Positions 1-11,469 of a stretch of DNA of 64,000 nt are shown here, piece after piece (the first letter of the stretch is position 1; each line of letters opens with the position of its first letter). The translations under genes and the position numbers were made by a program. The notes under the pieces are model-generated. The model made no database searches. It was not told where the DNA came from and saw nothing but the letters and a program-made list of their open reading frames with translations. The stretch is from Eledone cirrhosa (lineage: Eukaryota): positions 32,798,001 to 32,862,000 of the forward strand of contig OZ024751.1 of assembly GCA_964016885.1 (NCBI GenBank), given 5' to 3'.

Positions 1-206
1 CCCTTTACTTTTGCACTAGTCTTTGGGTATGACACTGCCATATATAGCCTGATTGATGATGTGTGCAACCAGTTTAGTGCCTACGTCCCCTGAGGCCTTC
101 AGCATCTCAGCAACTATCTCCGATGGTCCAGCAGCCTCACCATTTTTCATTTCCTTAATCGCCTCTTGGACCCTATATTCGTTAATCTCAATTTTAAATG
201 GACCTC
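1..206 (-). mobile_element. RTE-clade LINE fragment, start of RT domain (decayed)
   Basis: Minus strand reads EYRVQEAIKEMKNGEAAGPSEIVAEMLKASGDVGTKLVAH, the typical pre-RT KAxGP motif region of RTE LINEs. Confidence 0.8.
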
Positions 207-1251
207 TTGATAAGACGAAATGACCTGTATAATTTTTTTTTCATATTTAGATGGAATAGAAGAAAAAGAAGAGAAATGAAAGCAATGAAATTAAGTTTTA
301 GAGAAAATATACGCCAACGACAATGGAGGTATGATTTCAGTTTAATCTTAACCTAATGACCACTTTACAGAGTGTACTGGGTGTGTCTTACCTCGCTATG
401 TTTACTGTAAACCCTAGATAACGAATGCCTTGTTGAGTGTTGTGAATTGTGAACGTGAGGTTGTGTTGTGGGGTTGCTTGGTGAGTTTGCATTATGATGT
501 AGCTTTGTGAGGCTTTGTTGTGAATTGATAAATATTTGAAAACACACCTCTGTCCCTCAACAGTCAGTCAGTCATTTTCTACTAAAACTCATTGATGCGA
601 GTCCCTAGCATTGTATCTGTAAGTACATTATGACTATTTTCTCTTGGTGGACTTGACATTCAAAGATATTTGTATATATTTTGTTGATGTTGTTTGTTAG
701 TTAGGAAATTGCTTAAAAGCTACTTTGATCACAGCACTTTGTAAAGGCAACATATGTTTAAGATTCTTTTTTTCTTTTATTTTTGTTATTCAGATGACAG
801 AGAAGGCAAAGAAAGGCACAGAAGAAAAGAACAATGACGATTATTATTATTATTATTACTATTATTATTTGTTTTATTATAATCAAAATATGCTGTTAGT
901 TTGCCTGCTATCCCACTACGTGCCTGCTATCGCACTCGATCTTTTGTGTACGTTTTATATAATTTATGCCAGTTCCGTTTCTGCATATCGAACATGGCCA
1001 TTTCCCTGACGGAATAGAGTTTTGTCCTCTTTTCTACTCATCAACACTCATTCGTGACACAAAGTACAGCGGCATCATTGCGGACAGACTTAATCCCGAT
1101 TTGCACTGACACACTGCCTTGCAGTACGGAACAGCGCACGTCGTCGAGCAGCCTCCTTGCATGCTAAGTACACCTGACGTCTAGCTTCTCTCTTAGCGGC
1201 TGTATATTCTTCTCTACTCGCACTAATTTTGCAAGCATTCCATGCTAGTCT

Positions 1252-1870
1252 TTAGTCTCCAATGGCCCGATCTACCGTGCTGTCCCACCACCATGTCACT
1301 CTCTGTCTGGTTGGAACTCTGATCCAGCCACAAGTTTCATCAGTAACCTGCAGTAAGGTATCGCATAAGAAATTCCAGTTATCATCTATGTTGTACGACT
1401 CTAAATCGTCTTCTTTTTCATCATACACATATTGAAGGGCTTTCCTAAATTTGTATTTTAGTGAGAGCTCTTTTAGCTTCCAGACCTTTCTTTTTTCCAC
1501 ACCTTCCTGTATGTCTCATTCAGTCTCTTGCTTAATGAGATATCACTAACGACTAACCTATGCTGTGGGGTACATTCTTCCCCGGGGTATGCCTTTGTAT
1601 TTGACACCATCTGCCTGTCCCGCTGCCTAACTAGCAAGAAGTCAATCTGGCTTATGTGCTTGCCTGATTTGTAGGTTATTAGGTGGTTGGCAGATTTGTG
1701 TAAGTTAGTGTTGTAGATGGTTAGTGCAATTGCATCGCAAAATTCAAGAAGTTTCACTGCTTCATTTCTTAAGCCGTAAGTGTGCCCAACATGTACCTCG
1801 GTGTAACCATCGTAGAGCTGTCCAACATGACCATTGAAATCCCCTGCTAGCATAACGATGTCTCCGTCCT
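1252..1870 (-). mobile_element. RTE-clade LINE APE endonuclease and linker fragment
   Basis: ORFs 1473-1853 and 1252-1500 contain GDFNGHVG, SQIDFLLVR, QHRLVV and TWWW motifs; frameshifted. Confidence 0.9.
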
Positions 1871-1950
1871 GTCATTGTGGCTGTTTGTAAAAATTGCTTG
1901 TAAATGCAGAATTTCTTTTCTTTACCTAGCAGCAGTTTCTTGCTCTCAAT

Positions 1951-2002
1951 TAACCCTAAAACTAGCCGTAACGCTAACAGTAACACTAACCGTAACACTA
2001 AC
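1951..2002 (-). repeat. Short degenerate telomere-like hexamer tract, (TAACNC)n on plus strand
   Basis: taaccc taaaac tagccg taacgc taacag taacac taaccg taacac taac; 6-bp period related to CCCTAA. Confidence 0.55.
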
Positions 2003-2265
2003 TTATGCAGGCCTAGGTAAAGACGAGAAAGATAAAACAAGGAGTGATGCTATTTGAATTTTGTGATGCAAGTGTTTTAACCATTTGCAAAACCAACTTC
2101 CGCAAACCTGCCAACTGCCTAATAACCTACGAATTAGGCAAGCACAGAAGCCGGATTTCTCGGTAGTTAGGCAGCGAGACAGACAGATGGTGTGAAGTAC
2201 CAGGGTGTGCCCCGGGGAGGACTGTTTCCCACAGCGTGGGTTGGTTGTTGGTGATGTCTCGGTGA
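2003..2265 (+). mobile_element. Second RTE APE fragment, inverted relative to 1252-1870
   Basis: Plus strand gives YAGLGKDEKD, FCDASVLTICKTNFRKPANCLITY, VVRQRDRQMV, CPGEDC, homologous to the minus-strand APE next to it. Confidence 0.8.
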
Positions 2266-2384
2266 TCCTGAGACGGAGTGAGGAGGGTGTTTATAGGTAA
2301 ATAGATAGACTGATGCACAGATATCTGGATAGATTGATAGAGAGATAGATATATAGAGAGCATCATTATCATCGTCTGTTCATC

Positions 2385-2799
2385 ATTTTACGTCCGCTTT
2401 TCCCTGCTTGAAAGGGTGGGACAGGTCCTCTTGAGCAAAGCATCTCTTCACTTGTCACGGTCCTTCGTCATCTCCTTGGTGAGTTTCAGCGATCTGAAGT
2501 CGGCTCTCACCACCTCCACCCATGTTTTTCGTGGTCTTCCTCTACTGCGTCTCCCTTCTTTACCCAGCGCTCAACCTCCATGCGCATCACATGTCCATAC
2601 CATCTCAGTCCTCTCTTGCACACCACAACTTATCCCTCTTAAACACAGTTTCTCTCTCAACTCGTTTATGCTTGGTCGTTCCCGCACATTGACATTGCAC
2701 ATCCAACAGAGCGTGCTTGCTTCATTTCTCTCCAGCCATCGCATACCCTCTGCATTTGCTGTCCATGTCTCACTACCATGCAGCATCGCGCATCTCACT

Positions 2800-2800
<1 letters not shown>
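2385..2800 (-). mobile_element. RTE LINE 3' end fragment
   Basis: MLHGSETWT...LERNEASTLCWMCNVNVRERPSINELREKL and downstream GRPRKTWVEVV. Confidence 0.85.
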
Positions 2801-2830
<30 letters not shown>

Positions 2831-2849
2831 GTACATACATATATATTAT

Positions 2850-3445
2850 GTCAGGTCACCAGTTGGTGCTACTGGTAACATGTATCCCAGTACAACCTGT
2901 CTCCTGGTCGGGTCGTTGGCGACTAAACTGGCAACCCCACTAAGGTTTCTTGGTGAGGAGGGTGACTTTGGACATCCTGCAGGACTAAAAACAAAACCTG
3001 TCAAAGGGCAAAGGAGCTATTAAGAGTCAATGGCCATCCAAAATCACCGGGAGAGATGACCCCTTAGCCTGTGTCAAGGCAGAATTCTAGAAGGAAAACT
3101 CTGATATAACACCTGCAACCCTGATGGTATCCAATGATGTTGACTTGTTTTGCTTTTTGGTAAATATCATCTTGGTTAAGAGAGTGGGACTGGCTTTGTG
3201 CAGTGCCTTTGCTCACTATAAAAGCTTCACAGCACAGGCATTGCTTTATATCTGGAGATCTCTCTGCACTCGTCGTCACATGGTACGATTGGCCCAGCAC
3301 TGTCAATAATTGTCACAAGTGTAGTGTTTGTACCAGAGTTTTCAAGTCACTGGCTGGACTAAAACGTCACACTCGTTCAGCCCATCGGTAGGGGTTCTCC
3401 TACATGGATATAAAGTAGGGGCCGTACTCGAAAAAGAGTTGGCAA
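2850..3445 (+). mobile_element. Internally deleted RTE/BovB-like element with C-terminal C2H2 zinc finger
   Basis: CSVCTRVFKSLAGLKRHTRSAH near 3315-3385; flanked by TA microsatellites. Confidence 0.6.
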
Positions 3446-3511
3446 CCACCATATATATGTATATATGTATATATTTATATGTATGTATATATGCATATAT
3501 TTGTATGTATG

Positions 3512-3542
<31 letters not shown>

Positions 3543-3604
3543 TTCTGGCTTTCTCTTATTTTCACTCACTCCTCCGCTAGCTCACTTCCTTCCTCGTCCG
3601 TAAC

Positions 3605-4420
3605 TGTCTCTTCTCTTGCTCACACTTCTACAGTGAATGTGTCTTTTTTTCTTATCAAACCCGCCAGAACTTGTGTTCGAAATCAATTGTTCACTCGTTT
3701 TTTTTTTTTTTTTTTTTTTCCCTTTCTTTTTGTTGCTTCAGCCTTTGTGTCTGTTTATATTTTTCTCTCTCTCTCCCCTCTTTTTTATCCCAATAACTTA
3801 TTTTAGTTATTGTTCGGCCTAGGTTGAGGCATCTTGTCTCTAACGCGAAGAAATGCCTATGATTCCTAGCAGACAACTGACGATGGATATTGCCCTCTTT
3901 TGCCCGTAACTTTTATTTTGATTATATTTCAATGCAACCACACAGCTTGCCATTTTATTCACATAGTTTTCTTCTCAGTTGTGACCCATCTCTCTTCTAT
4001 CCCCTTGTTGCTATGCTCTCTCTCCCCCTTCTCCCTCTTCTGCTAGTCACCTTCTCTCGGCTAACCTGCCACTTCTAAAGCAGTCTCTTCTCTCACTCAC
4101 ACTGCTACAGTGAAGACATGCATTTTTTTTTCTCGTTAAACCCACCAGAACTTATGTTCAAAATGAGTTGTTGACTTGATTTTTCCTCTTTTCGTTTCTT
4201 CACCCTTCATGTGTGTATCCATTTTTCTCTCTCCCCCTTTTTTTATTCCAATAACTTATTTTAGTTATTGTTCGCCCTAGGTTGAGGCATCTTGTCTCTA
4301 ACGCGAAGAAATGCCTATGATTCCTAGCAGACAACTGACGATGGATATTGCCCTCTTTTGCCCATAACTTTTCTTTTCATTATACTTAAATGCAACCACA
4401 CAGCTTGCCATTTTATTCAT
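3605..4420. repeat. Tandem direct duplication, near-identical ~180-bp core repeated ~460 bp apart
   Basis: caataacttattttagttattgttcg...ctaggttgaggcatcttgtctctaacgcgaagaaatgcc...cttgccattttattc at ~3790-3960 and ~4250-4418. Confidence 0.85.
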
Positions 4421-4424
4421 AGTT

Positions 4425-4705
4425 TCCTTCTCCGCTGAGTTTTGTCCTCATTTCTACTCATCAACAATTTTGTCTTAGCTATGTTCACTCTCAGTCCTCT
4501 TAATTCCAACTCTGTTTTCATAGCCAGAATTTATTCTCAAGCTCTTCTACTGATTTTATCATCAGCATAGATAAGTTTCTGTAAACAGGATGTATTCCTA
4601 CTTGTATCTGGAATTTGTCACTAAACTCCATTCCTACCCTCACTTTACTGACAGCACCTCTGTACAAAGCTTGCAATGTCCTCACAAGCCATTCATCAAC
4701 ACCTA
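4425..4705 (-). mobile_element. RTE LINE RT core fragment
   Basis: GVDEWLVRTLQALYRGAVSKVRVGMEFSDKFQIQVGIH. Confidence 0.8.
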
Positions 4706-4950
4706 CACCGAAAAACAACCCAAACCAAACCGTGTGTTCTGTTATTATTTCTTGCAATATTTATAACAATATGACTCTCCCCTGTTATAACTATATATAT
4801 ATATATATATATATATCGTCATACAAATATGTATCGCAGCATTATCAATAAAGGACTTTAACATCTGAAAGTATTTCGCATTTTATCATTATATATATAT
4901 GCACACATACACACACATACACCGAGAGAGACGACATATATTTATATATG

Positions 4951-7140
4951 CTAGCTGAAGAACTGCCCTTTGGGCGTTTTTCTGCTAGTATATATAGACA
5001 TAAGTTTTTGTAGTGTCCCTTTTCTATCATTTAAAAAGAAACTGAAATGCATTTCAACTAAAAGAGTGATAGCTGTTTCACATGACTGTAGAATTTCTTT
5101 GTAGACACAGTTGCCAGCAAACAGACACCTTTCATTTAATATTTTAATATTTTCTTTTTTGTGATAATGCAACATACGTGAGAATTGTGTTTGTAGATAA
5201 ATGTCTGCCCTTGAAGGTTGTTTCAACTATTTGTGGTCTATCACCATGACGTAGAACTGGAAGAATTTGGTTTTAGTCACCAGATACCACTAAATGGCTT
5301 TTTGCAATCTCGAACATCTTTGAAACTCCTGTCAGGCATTGAAAGATATTCTTATGTCCCATACCTCTCTCATCAATGATTAACAGGTCAGCTTGCTGCA
5401 TAAGTTTACCTGTGTCATCCCTCTTTGTGAAGAAGCAAGTTGATTCAGCAGTCATATTGAGAGGAATCGTGCACTTGGAATGAAGAGTTCTTCGTTTGTG
5501 AAGCAAAGTGGCTGCTATTCCAGATATGGCAGTGGCAAGTGCAATTATTTTTTTACATTGGAGGTAATCCATTAGAATGCTTATGACCTGTACCTGCACT
5601 TGCATTCAAGCAGAAAATTCTGCCCTCATTTTCATTTACAGAGGTAATTACTTTGTGAAAAAGAACCAGTTGCTGAGGATTCAATGTTGGCAGAAGTTGA
5701 TTTATTTGTTTGCATGGACATGAATTGCTCATGATGTTCATGCATGATATCCTCTGCAAGACAATTCTTCTATTTCTCCCAGAACTGCAGAGGGTCATTT
5801 GGCATGCAGTGCAATTAAATGGTGCAGAAGATCTGTGGCAGCTGAGGACCAACAGACTAAGTTAATCTTTATATGAAGTTTACCCAGCCTTGTGATGTAT
5901 GATCATTCTGAGGTAATATAATTCAGATTGATGTCTTCTGAGAATGCGTCCAAGAGATTCACTCATAAATTGTTGATCACCATCCAGATGTCCCCTTTTT
6001 TTCTTTGCCATTTTTTGTTTGTCCAAGTGAAATATTTAGGAATATCAATATACAATATATCTTGTTCCAGCGGGTCTCTAATATTCAGTTGAAAATATTC
6101 CGTGAACTTAGTCATTGGCTGTCCCCTAGAAAGAACTTTCTTCCTGCCCTTGCTCAAACACGACCATTTGTTCCCCAAGTAAATGGCAAGGCAACTTTCC
6201 AGAATGCTTCACTGGCTGAGATGTACCATGCATTGATATAGGTCTCAATTTCATTTCGAGCATGGACACAATTTCCTCGATCATCGTTAATAGTGAAAGT
6301 GATTTTGTCTGATCCTTTTGTGATGTACTTTAATTAGTTAACAGCCTTGACACTGTAGACAACCTCACAATTGACCATGCTATCTACCCCTTCTTCTATA
6401 CTTTGAAAAGGAACTTTTGGCAACAAATGCGGTTTGCCTTGGGATAACTGTTTGAGCATTGTTATTGTTGTCCTAGCCCTTCCTTTCATGAGCACATCAT
6501 ATTAACTTGTCCACATGGGCCATGAATGTTGCAAGATGGGGATGATCTTCTGTAGAATTGGAATCTCACAGTACACTACCTGATCAATGTCATCAGCAGT
6601 TTTGTGCTTACTATCTTCAGCCATTATCTGCAGAATATGAGCATGAGTGGGGCCTCGTTTCTGCCACTCTATTGTAGCAGAACGAGCAACAACTTTTCCT
6701 AGGACATTTTCTTTTTCAGTATGTCACCCATGAGGCTGTCATACTTGATGTTGAAGAATCTTGCACAAATATCAGGACGGTCTCTAGGTTCTTGACTAGG
6801 GTGCAAATTATTTTTTATTTCATCCCAGTTAGAGTTAGTTGTTACCGTGATGAAATAAGACGACTTTACCATGTCGAACCACAGTCATCGAATTCTGAAA
6901 GCACTCAGTGTAGAAGCGATTGGGAACCATAGATTGAAGGTGGAAGAACAATTCTCCGGCCTTCATTTACTGAATCTCCCTCAGCATCATAGAAACCCTC
7001 ATACTTTTCAGCTCACATCACGGTTCGATTGTTACGGCCATTTTGAGGTGACAACATTGTATTTTTCCCTGGGCATCTACAGCATATTGCTGCATCAGCC
7101 ACCTGCTCTTCACGACAACATTAGTCACCTTGCCTAACCT
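4951..7140 (-). mobile_element. Decayed Helitron RepHel coding region (HUH Rep plus PIF1-like helicase)
   Basis: Rep motif 1 YFITVTTNSNWDEI...DRPD (~6770-6860), HUH motif IEWQKRGPTHAHIL (~6630-6675), KYITKGSD (~6305-6330); helicase CLNASAGTG, ATAISGIAATLL, LLIIDE; many stops and frameshifts. Confidence 0.92.
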
Positions 7141-7515
7141 GAAACCGATAACCAGTGGGTGTGAGTGTGTGGTTGTTGTCAATCCTTTTCAAACCAACCC
7201 GAAACCCATCATTCCCACAAGGAAACAGTAGCACAGGACAATATTCACATTTTCAGAGACTGGCATTTCAATGACTTTCTTGAAGCTTCTTATATGATAA
7301 ATGTTACCTATGATCTTAAATGTGGGACTAAACCCTGGCTTTCTCCCCCCCTCTCTCTCTCTCTCTCCCATACACTGACATAAGATCATATAATTCAGCA
7401 TTGTGGCTGTCTGTAAAATGTGAAAAGAAAGGCAAGGTTTTAACTGACATATAATTAGATGTATGTATTTATGCCATGTGCGTTAATTTATATACGCACA
7501 ATAGTCAGTCTCCTG

Positions 7516-7843
7516 ATCTGTTACAAACACAATTCTCAGGGCGAAACAGATTAAATCTCTAATCTGTCCGGGAGATGAAATAGTTATTGAAACGATGTGT
7601 ACATTTTACTCTATCCTGTATTTTCCGTTTGCTCGCACGAGGTGAAATATTCATTCGTGTAGCTTTTAGTTTTAGGTGTTTGTCACATTTTATCTTATCT
7701 CTCGCTGATGACGCCTACGGATTATCTGTTACAAACACAATTCTCAGGGCGAAACAGATTAAATCTCTAATCTGTCTGGGAGATGAAATAGTTATTGAAA
7801 CGATCTGTACATTTTACTCTTTATCCTGTATTTTCCGTATGCT
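7516..7843 (+). repeat. ~1.6 tandem copies of a 208-bp hammerhead-bearing unit (retrozyme or Penelope pLTR-like)
   Basis: atctgttacaaacacaattctcagggcgaaacagattaaatctctaatctgtc starts at 7516 and 7724 (period 208). Confidence 0.85.
7697..7784 (+). ncRNA. Type I hammerhead ribozyme motif, predicted cleavage after C7776 (GUC)
   Basis: Stem I atctctcg/tgggagat; CTGATGA; stem II (c)gcc...ggc with long loop; GAAA; perfect stem III cagatta/taatctg; TC. Confidence 0.88.
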
Positions 7844-7865
7844 TCAGGTTAAATCTGTCAAACCA

Positions 7866-7904
<39 letters not shown>

Positions 7905-7909
<5 letters not shown>

Positions 7910-8235
7910 TCAACCAACTGTGACGCCTAAACCAATCAGCTTTAGTAATCCAGTGAAACTACACACCGATTGGTTGAAATACAGTTTTCAAGATTTAGCA
8001 TTCTGGTGCCACTTTTCACAGTGGCAAAATTTACCCATCTCATTACGGTTGAAAATTGCAAACTTGACTGTCACCACACATTATGAACCTGAAGATTGCG
8101 AAAGCATGAAAGTACTTGTTCAATTAACACTTAACATTTAATATTCTACCATACTATTTCATTCTAATACTATTATAAATTTTAAAGGATTGTAAATAAA
8201 ACGAGTAAATCAAAGTTGGAATTCCTTTTATTAAT
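7905..8235 (+). mobile_element. Penelope-like pseudo-LTR / 3' end fragment
   Basis: Contains a minimal hammerhead followed by AATAAA (~8195); bounded by (TA)n and AT-rich tracts. Confidence 0.5.
8084..8122 (+). ncRNA. Minimal type I hammerhead motif with palindromic stem III (dimer-type)
   Basis: tgaac-CTGAAGA-t tgc gaaa gca t-GAAA-gtac-TT-gttca; stem I tgaac/gttca. Confidence 0.7.
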
Positions 8236-8279
8236 ATAATCTTCTATACATAATCATACACACCCGTGTATATCTATCT

Positions 8280-8317
<38 letters not shown>

Positions 8318-8574
8318 GACACACACATATTGTCCTGGGTATGACATTAAACTACATCCAGTGACAAGGCTCCATTTCGGGAGTTCATGAGCTGTGGGGA
8401 ATGTGGAGTTACCCCTTAGTTGTCATAACTCCCAGGTCTGCTCTGGCCCAGAGCAGTGTTACCTGTTAGGGCCCCATTTATGGGTGAAATAATAAAAGAA
8501 CCATGTAGTCGATTTAACAGCACTAAGGTTGTCAAGGCTTATGGGCACTCTGAATGTGAGGACAATTCGGACAC

Positions 8575-8651
8575 TGAGAAATACTTCCCTGGAACTAAGA
8601 AGACCCCCCCACCCCGAAAAGAGGCCCGACCCAGTGGTGCCAAACCAAAAG
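8575..8651 (+). pseudogene. AFG3L2: Partial copy of AFG3L2-like exon with downstream intron
   Basis: EKYFPGTKKTPPPRKEARPSGAKPK then G|GTATGC donor; paralogous to ~9435-9507. Confidence 0.5.
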
Positions 8652-9320
8652 GTATGCTTTCTCTCTTTCTCTTTCTTTCTTTCTCTCTCTCGCATACACT
8701 TAATGTTAAAAGAAAAGCAAGCTTTGAAGTGACAAATAATTAGATACATTGATACGACGCGTCGCCCTCATATCATGTATCTGTATGGCTGTCTGTCTGA
8801 ACTTTCTAAATAAAACACACCCACACCCAACAAAGAGAACCAAATAGTTAAATTATAGAGTAGCCTAACTTGAGATTTTAATTTTTTCCATTTTTTTCAT
8901 ACACAAAAATACAGATCCATAAACATTTATGTGTGTGGATCTATGTATATAGATAGTTAGATGGACAAGGGTGTCCTCACATAGGAGGCTTCCCGGTTGT
9001 TGTAATGATAGACTCCAGTTCTATCCCGAAAAACTTGAAATGAAGCAACTGGCTTATTAATACAATGTGCTGCCAGACCTAGGGTTTGATGTTATGTTTA
9101 TGAGTGCAGCACACTAACCATTGAAGCCCCACCATCACATACTGAACCTACATTAGAACACTACCACACACTACAGCACTACCAGGCACTATAACACTGC
9201 CATACTACACTACCACCATCACACTACATCACCAACACCACCATTCTATATATTCAGATATATCATATCTACCCCACCTTTAACCCTGGCTCTTTATAAC
9301 CCCTAAAATCTCTATTTCAG

Positions 9321-9507
9321 ATATATCGTCATTCCTACGTTACCTCTAAATATGTAACTGCTTCACCACGGCCGTTGTTGTCCCTAATGAAGGGCTGGGC
9401 TCTGCTACGCAACAGCAATGTACCAGGTGGTTTTGAGAAATACTTCCCTGGAACTAAGGAGACCCTGCCACGAAAAGAGGCCCGACCCAGTGGTGCCAAA
9501 CCATAAG
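9321..9507 (+). pseudogene. AFG3L2: Orphan AFG3L2-like (m-AAA protease) N-terminal exon with premature stop
   Basis: TTTCAG| acceptor; IYRHSYVTSKYVTASPRPLLSLMKGWALLRNSNVPGGFEKYFPGTKETLPRKEARPSGAKP*; G|GTATAC donor. PGGFEKYFP resembles the conserved PKGFEKYFP of AFG3L2 after a transit-peptide-like stretch. Confidence 0.6.
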
Positions 9508-9979
9508 GTATACTTAATCTCTCTCTCTCTCTTCTAGACACTTCTATAAGGTCATATAATTGAACAGTGTGTCATTTCTAAAATGTGAAAAGAAAGGCAA
9601 TGTTTTAAGTGACATAATTAGAAAGATATAGATACAACGCCGCACACTCATATCATCTATATATATAAAACTGTGTGTGTCTCCTCATTTTTGCAAAGTC
9701 TATACAAATCCACATTTCTACTCTGATTGGCTTCAAACTTGCATTTATATATTCCTTGTGGTCTAAAGATATTAACTGCAGCTTTTATTTTTCAATTTTC
9801 TGTTTTTAAAGAGGTGTTAGGCACCAGTTATCGATCTCCATCGTGCCCTTATAATATGTTTGTATGTCTGGCTGTCTGCATAACGACATTATGATCCATG
9901 ACGTCAGCAATGACGTTAATCTTCGCCACATTCACACACACACGCGCATGCGCAGATATGCATATATATATATACACAC

Positions 9980-10010
<31 letters not shown>

Positions 10011-10359
10011 TGTGAGTTTCAGAAGATCCCGTTAAGGGTGAAAGCAGCGATTCTTTGCTTAAACTTTAATCTGTTATTTTAATAAATATATATATATATA
10101 TATCATAATTGAATATAAAAGAAAAACGAACACAGATATATACATGTGTTCAAATAGTAAGGCATGAGATTCGCTAAGGTGAAAATAATACTAACTATAG
10201 ACAATTTAAGAATAAATCAATAAAATAAATACAAACTTGGCTGCTATCTTTAGTGGTGTGAGTTTGTGAGACACGCTAAGTTCAGATACCATGTGCGTTA
10301 TATATACGCACACTATTCAGTTTTTTAATATACTTAGAAATGTCCATGATAATAATTCT

Positions 10360-10439
10360 TCATCCACTGATGAGCAAGAATTGGTATTCCTCTTCACAAT
10401 TAATTTTGCGAAACAGCATTACCAAAGGTGTCTGGGTGA
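10360..10439 (+). ncRNA. Type I hammerhead ribozyme motif, predicted cleavage after C10432 (GUC)
   Basis: Stem I tcatcca/tgggtga; CTGATGA; stem II gcaag(aattg)...(caatt)..tttgc; GAAA; weak stem III ca...tg; TC. Confidence 0.8.
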
Positions 10440-10494
10440 TTGGTACTTACCACAATTCCGGTTTGTATTTCTTTTCTTGATTTATTCTTAAATT

Positions 10495-11465
10495 GAGTCT
10501 GGCAAACCCTATTGTCTCTAGTTAGTATTCTTTTCACCTTAGCGAAGCTGAACCCGGTGGTCAAACGGATCGGTCCCACCCGTGACAGCAGTCGTTCGAC
10601 ATAGCCCCACAGATAGGCAATGCGCGAGCACTGTACAATGCGTGTGCAACTGTTTCCTCGTCGCACCCGCATCTGGGACAGATCTTTTTCGAGGGGTCTC
10701 TACCAGGGCGCCCGTGTCTGTAGAGCCTTTCTCGAACGGGCAGAGCCCCTCGGTGGCACTGCCAGGCCAGGGACCTCTGGAAGTTATCCATAGGTCCCGG
10801 GCTGAATGTCCTACCGAACAGGTTGGCCAGTTCGTTTTCCTCCATGCCTAGGGCTTCTCCGAGGGTGTTGCCGCACCTGCTAACCACCAGCCCTCTATAG
10901 AATGACGAGTTGGATTCTCCACTGACAGCCGGGTCCGCCTGCCAGAGAGCCGTGAGCGCCTGGGCACACTCGGTGTGCCAGGCGCCCAATTTTCTCGGTC
11001 TTTGCTTGACCCAGGATTGCAGCTCGGTGAGCGAGACGAGTCTGGGAAAGGCTCGCCTCACAAACGGGGCCCACACCGGTTGACCGGTGATGAATACCTG
11101 GAGGTGCCGTAGCCTTAATGCGTGTTTACGCATCACCAGCCACGGCATCCCAGCCCGCCTTTCGAAGGGTGTTGACAGCAGATGGATCTCCTCACCATAG
11201 GAGCCCGCTTCTTCCAAAGGAATTGGAAGAGTGTGCGCTCCATTTTGGAGAGCGTTTCCCTTGGGCAAGGCACGACGGTCAGGCGGTAGTAGATGTGTTC
11301 GCCACCTCCGCCCGACGACGGCATTAACAACTCCAACTTCTGCAGCAGTGGCTCTAGTCATTACATACAGAAGGGAGGAGAGAGGGCACCCTTGTCGGAT
11401 GGACCGCGCGATTTCGAACGGCTCCGAGAGGTAGCCGTTCACCTTGACAAGAGCAGAAGTGCGTG
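10495..11465 (-). mobile_element. L1/Tx1-clade LINE fragment (RT plus CCHC zinc knuckle), internally deleted
   Basis: VKVNGYLSEPFEIARSIRQGCPLSSLLYV, GGLG/MPWL, CPRCGCDEETVAHAL; GC-rich relative to flanks. Confidence 0.88.
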
Positions 11466-11469
11466 CCTG

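Noticed and set aside
3660-3900. Hammerhead-like pieces (gaac ttgt gttc GAAA; CTGACGA) in the ~460-bp duplication
   Set aside because: Pieces do not assemble into a consistent fold, and the GAAA piece is not conserved in the second copy
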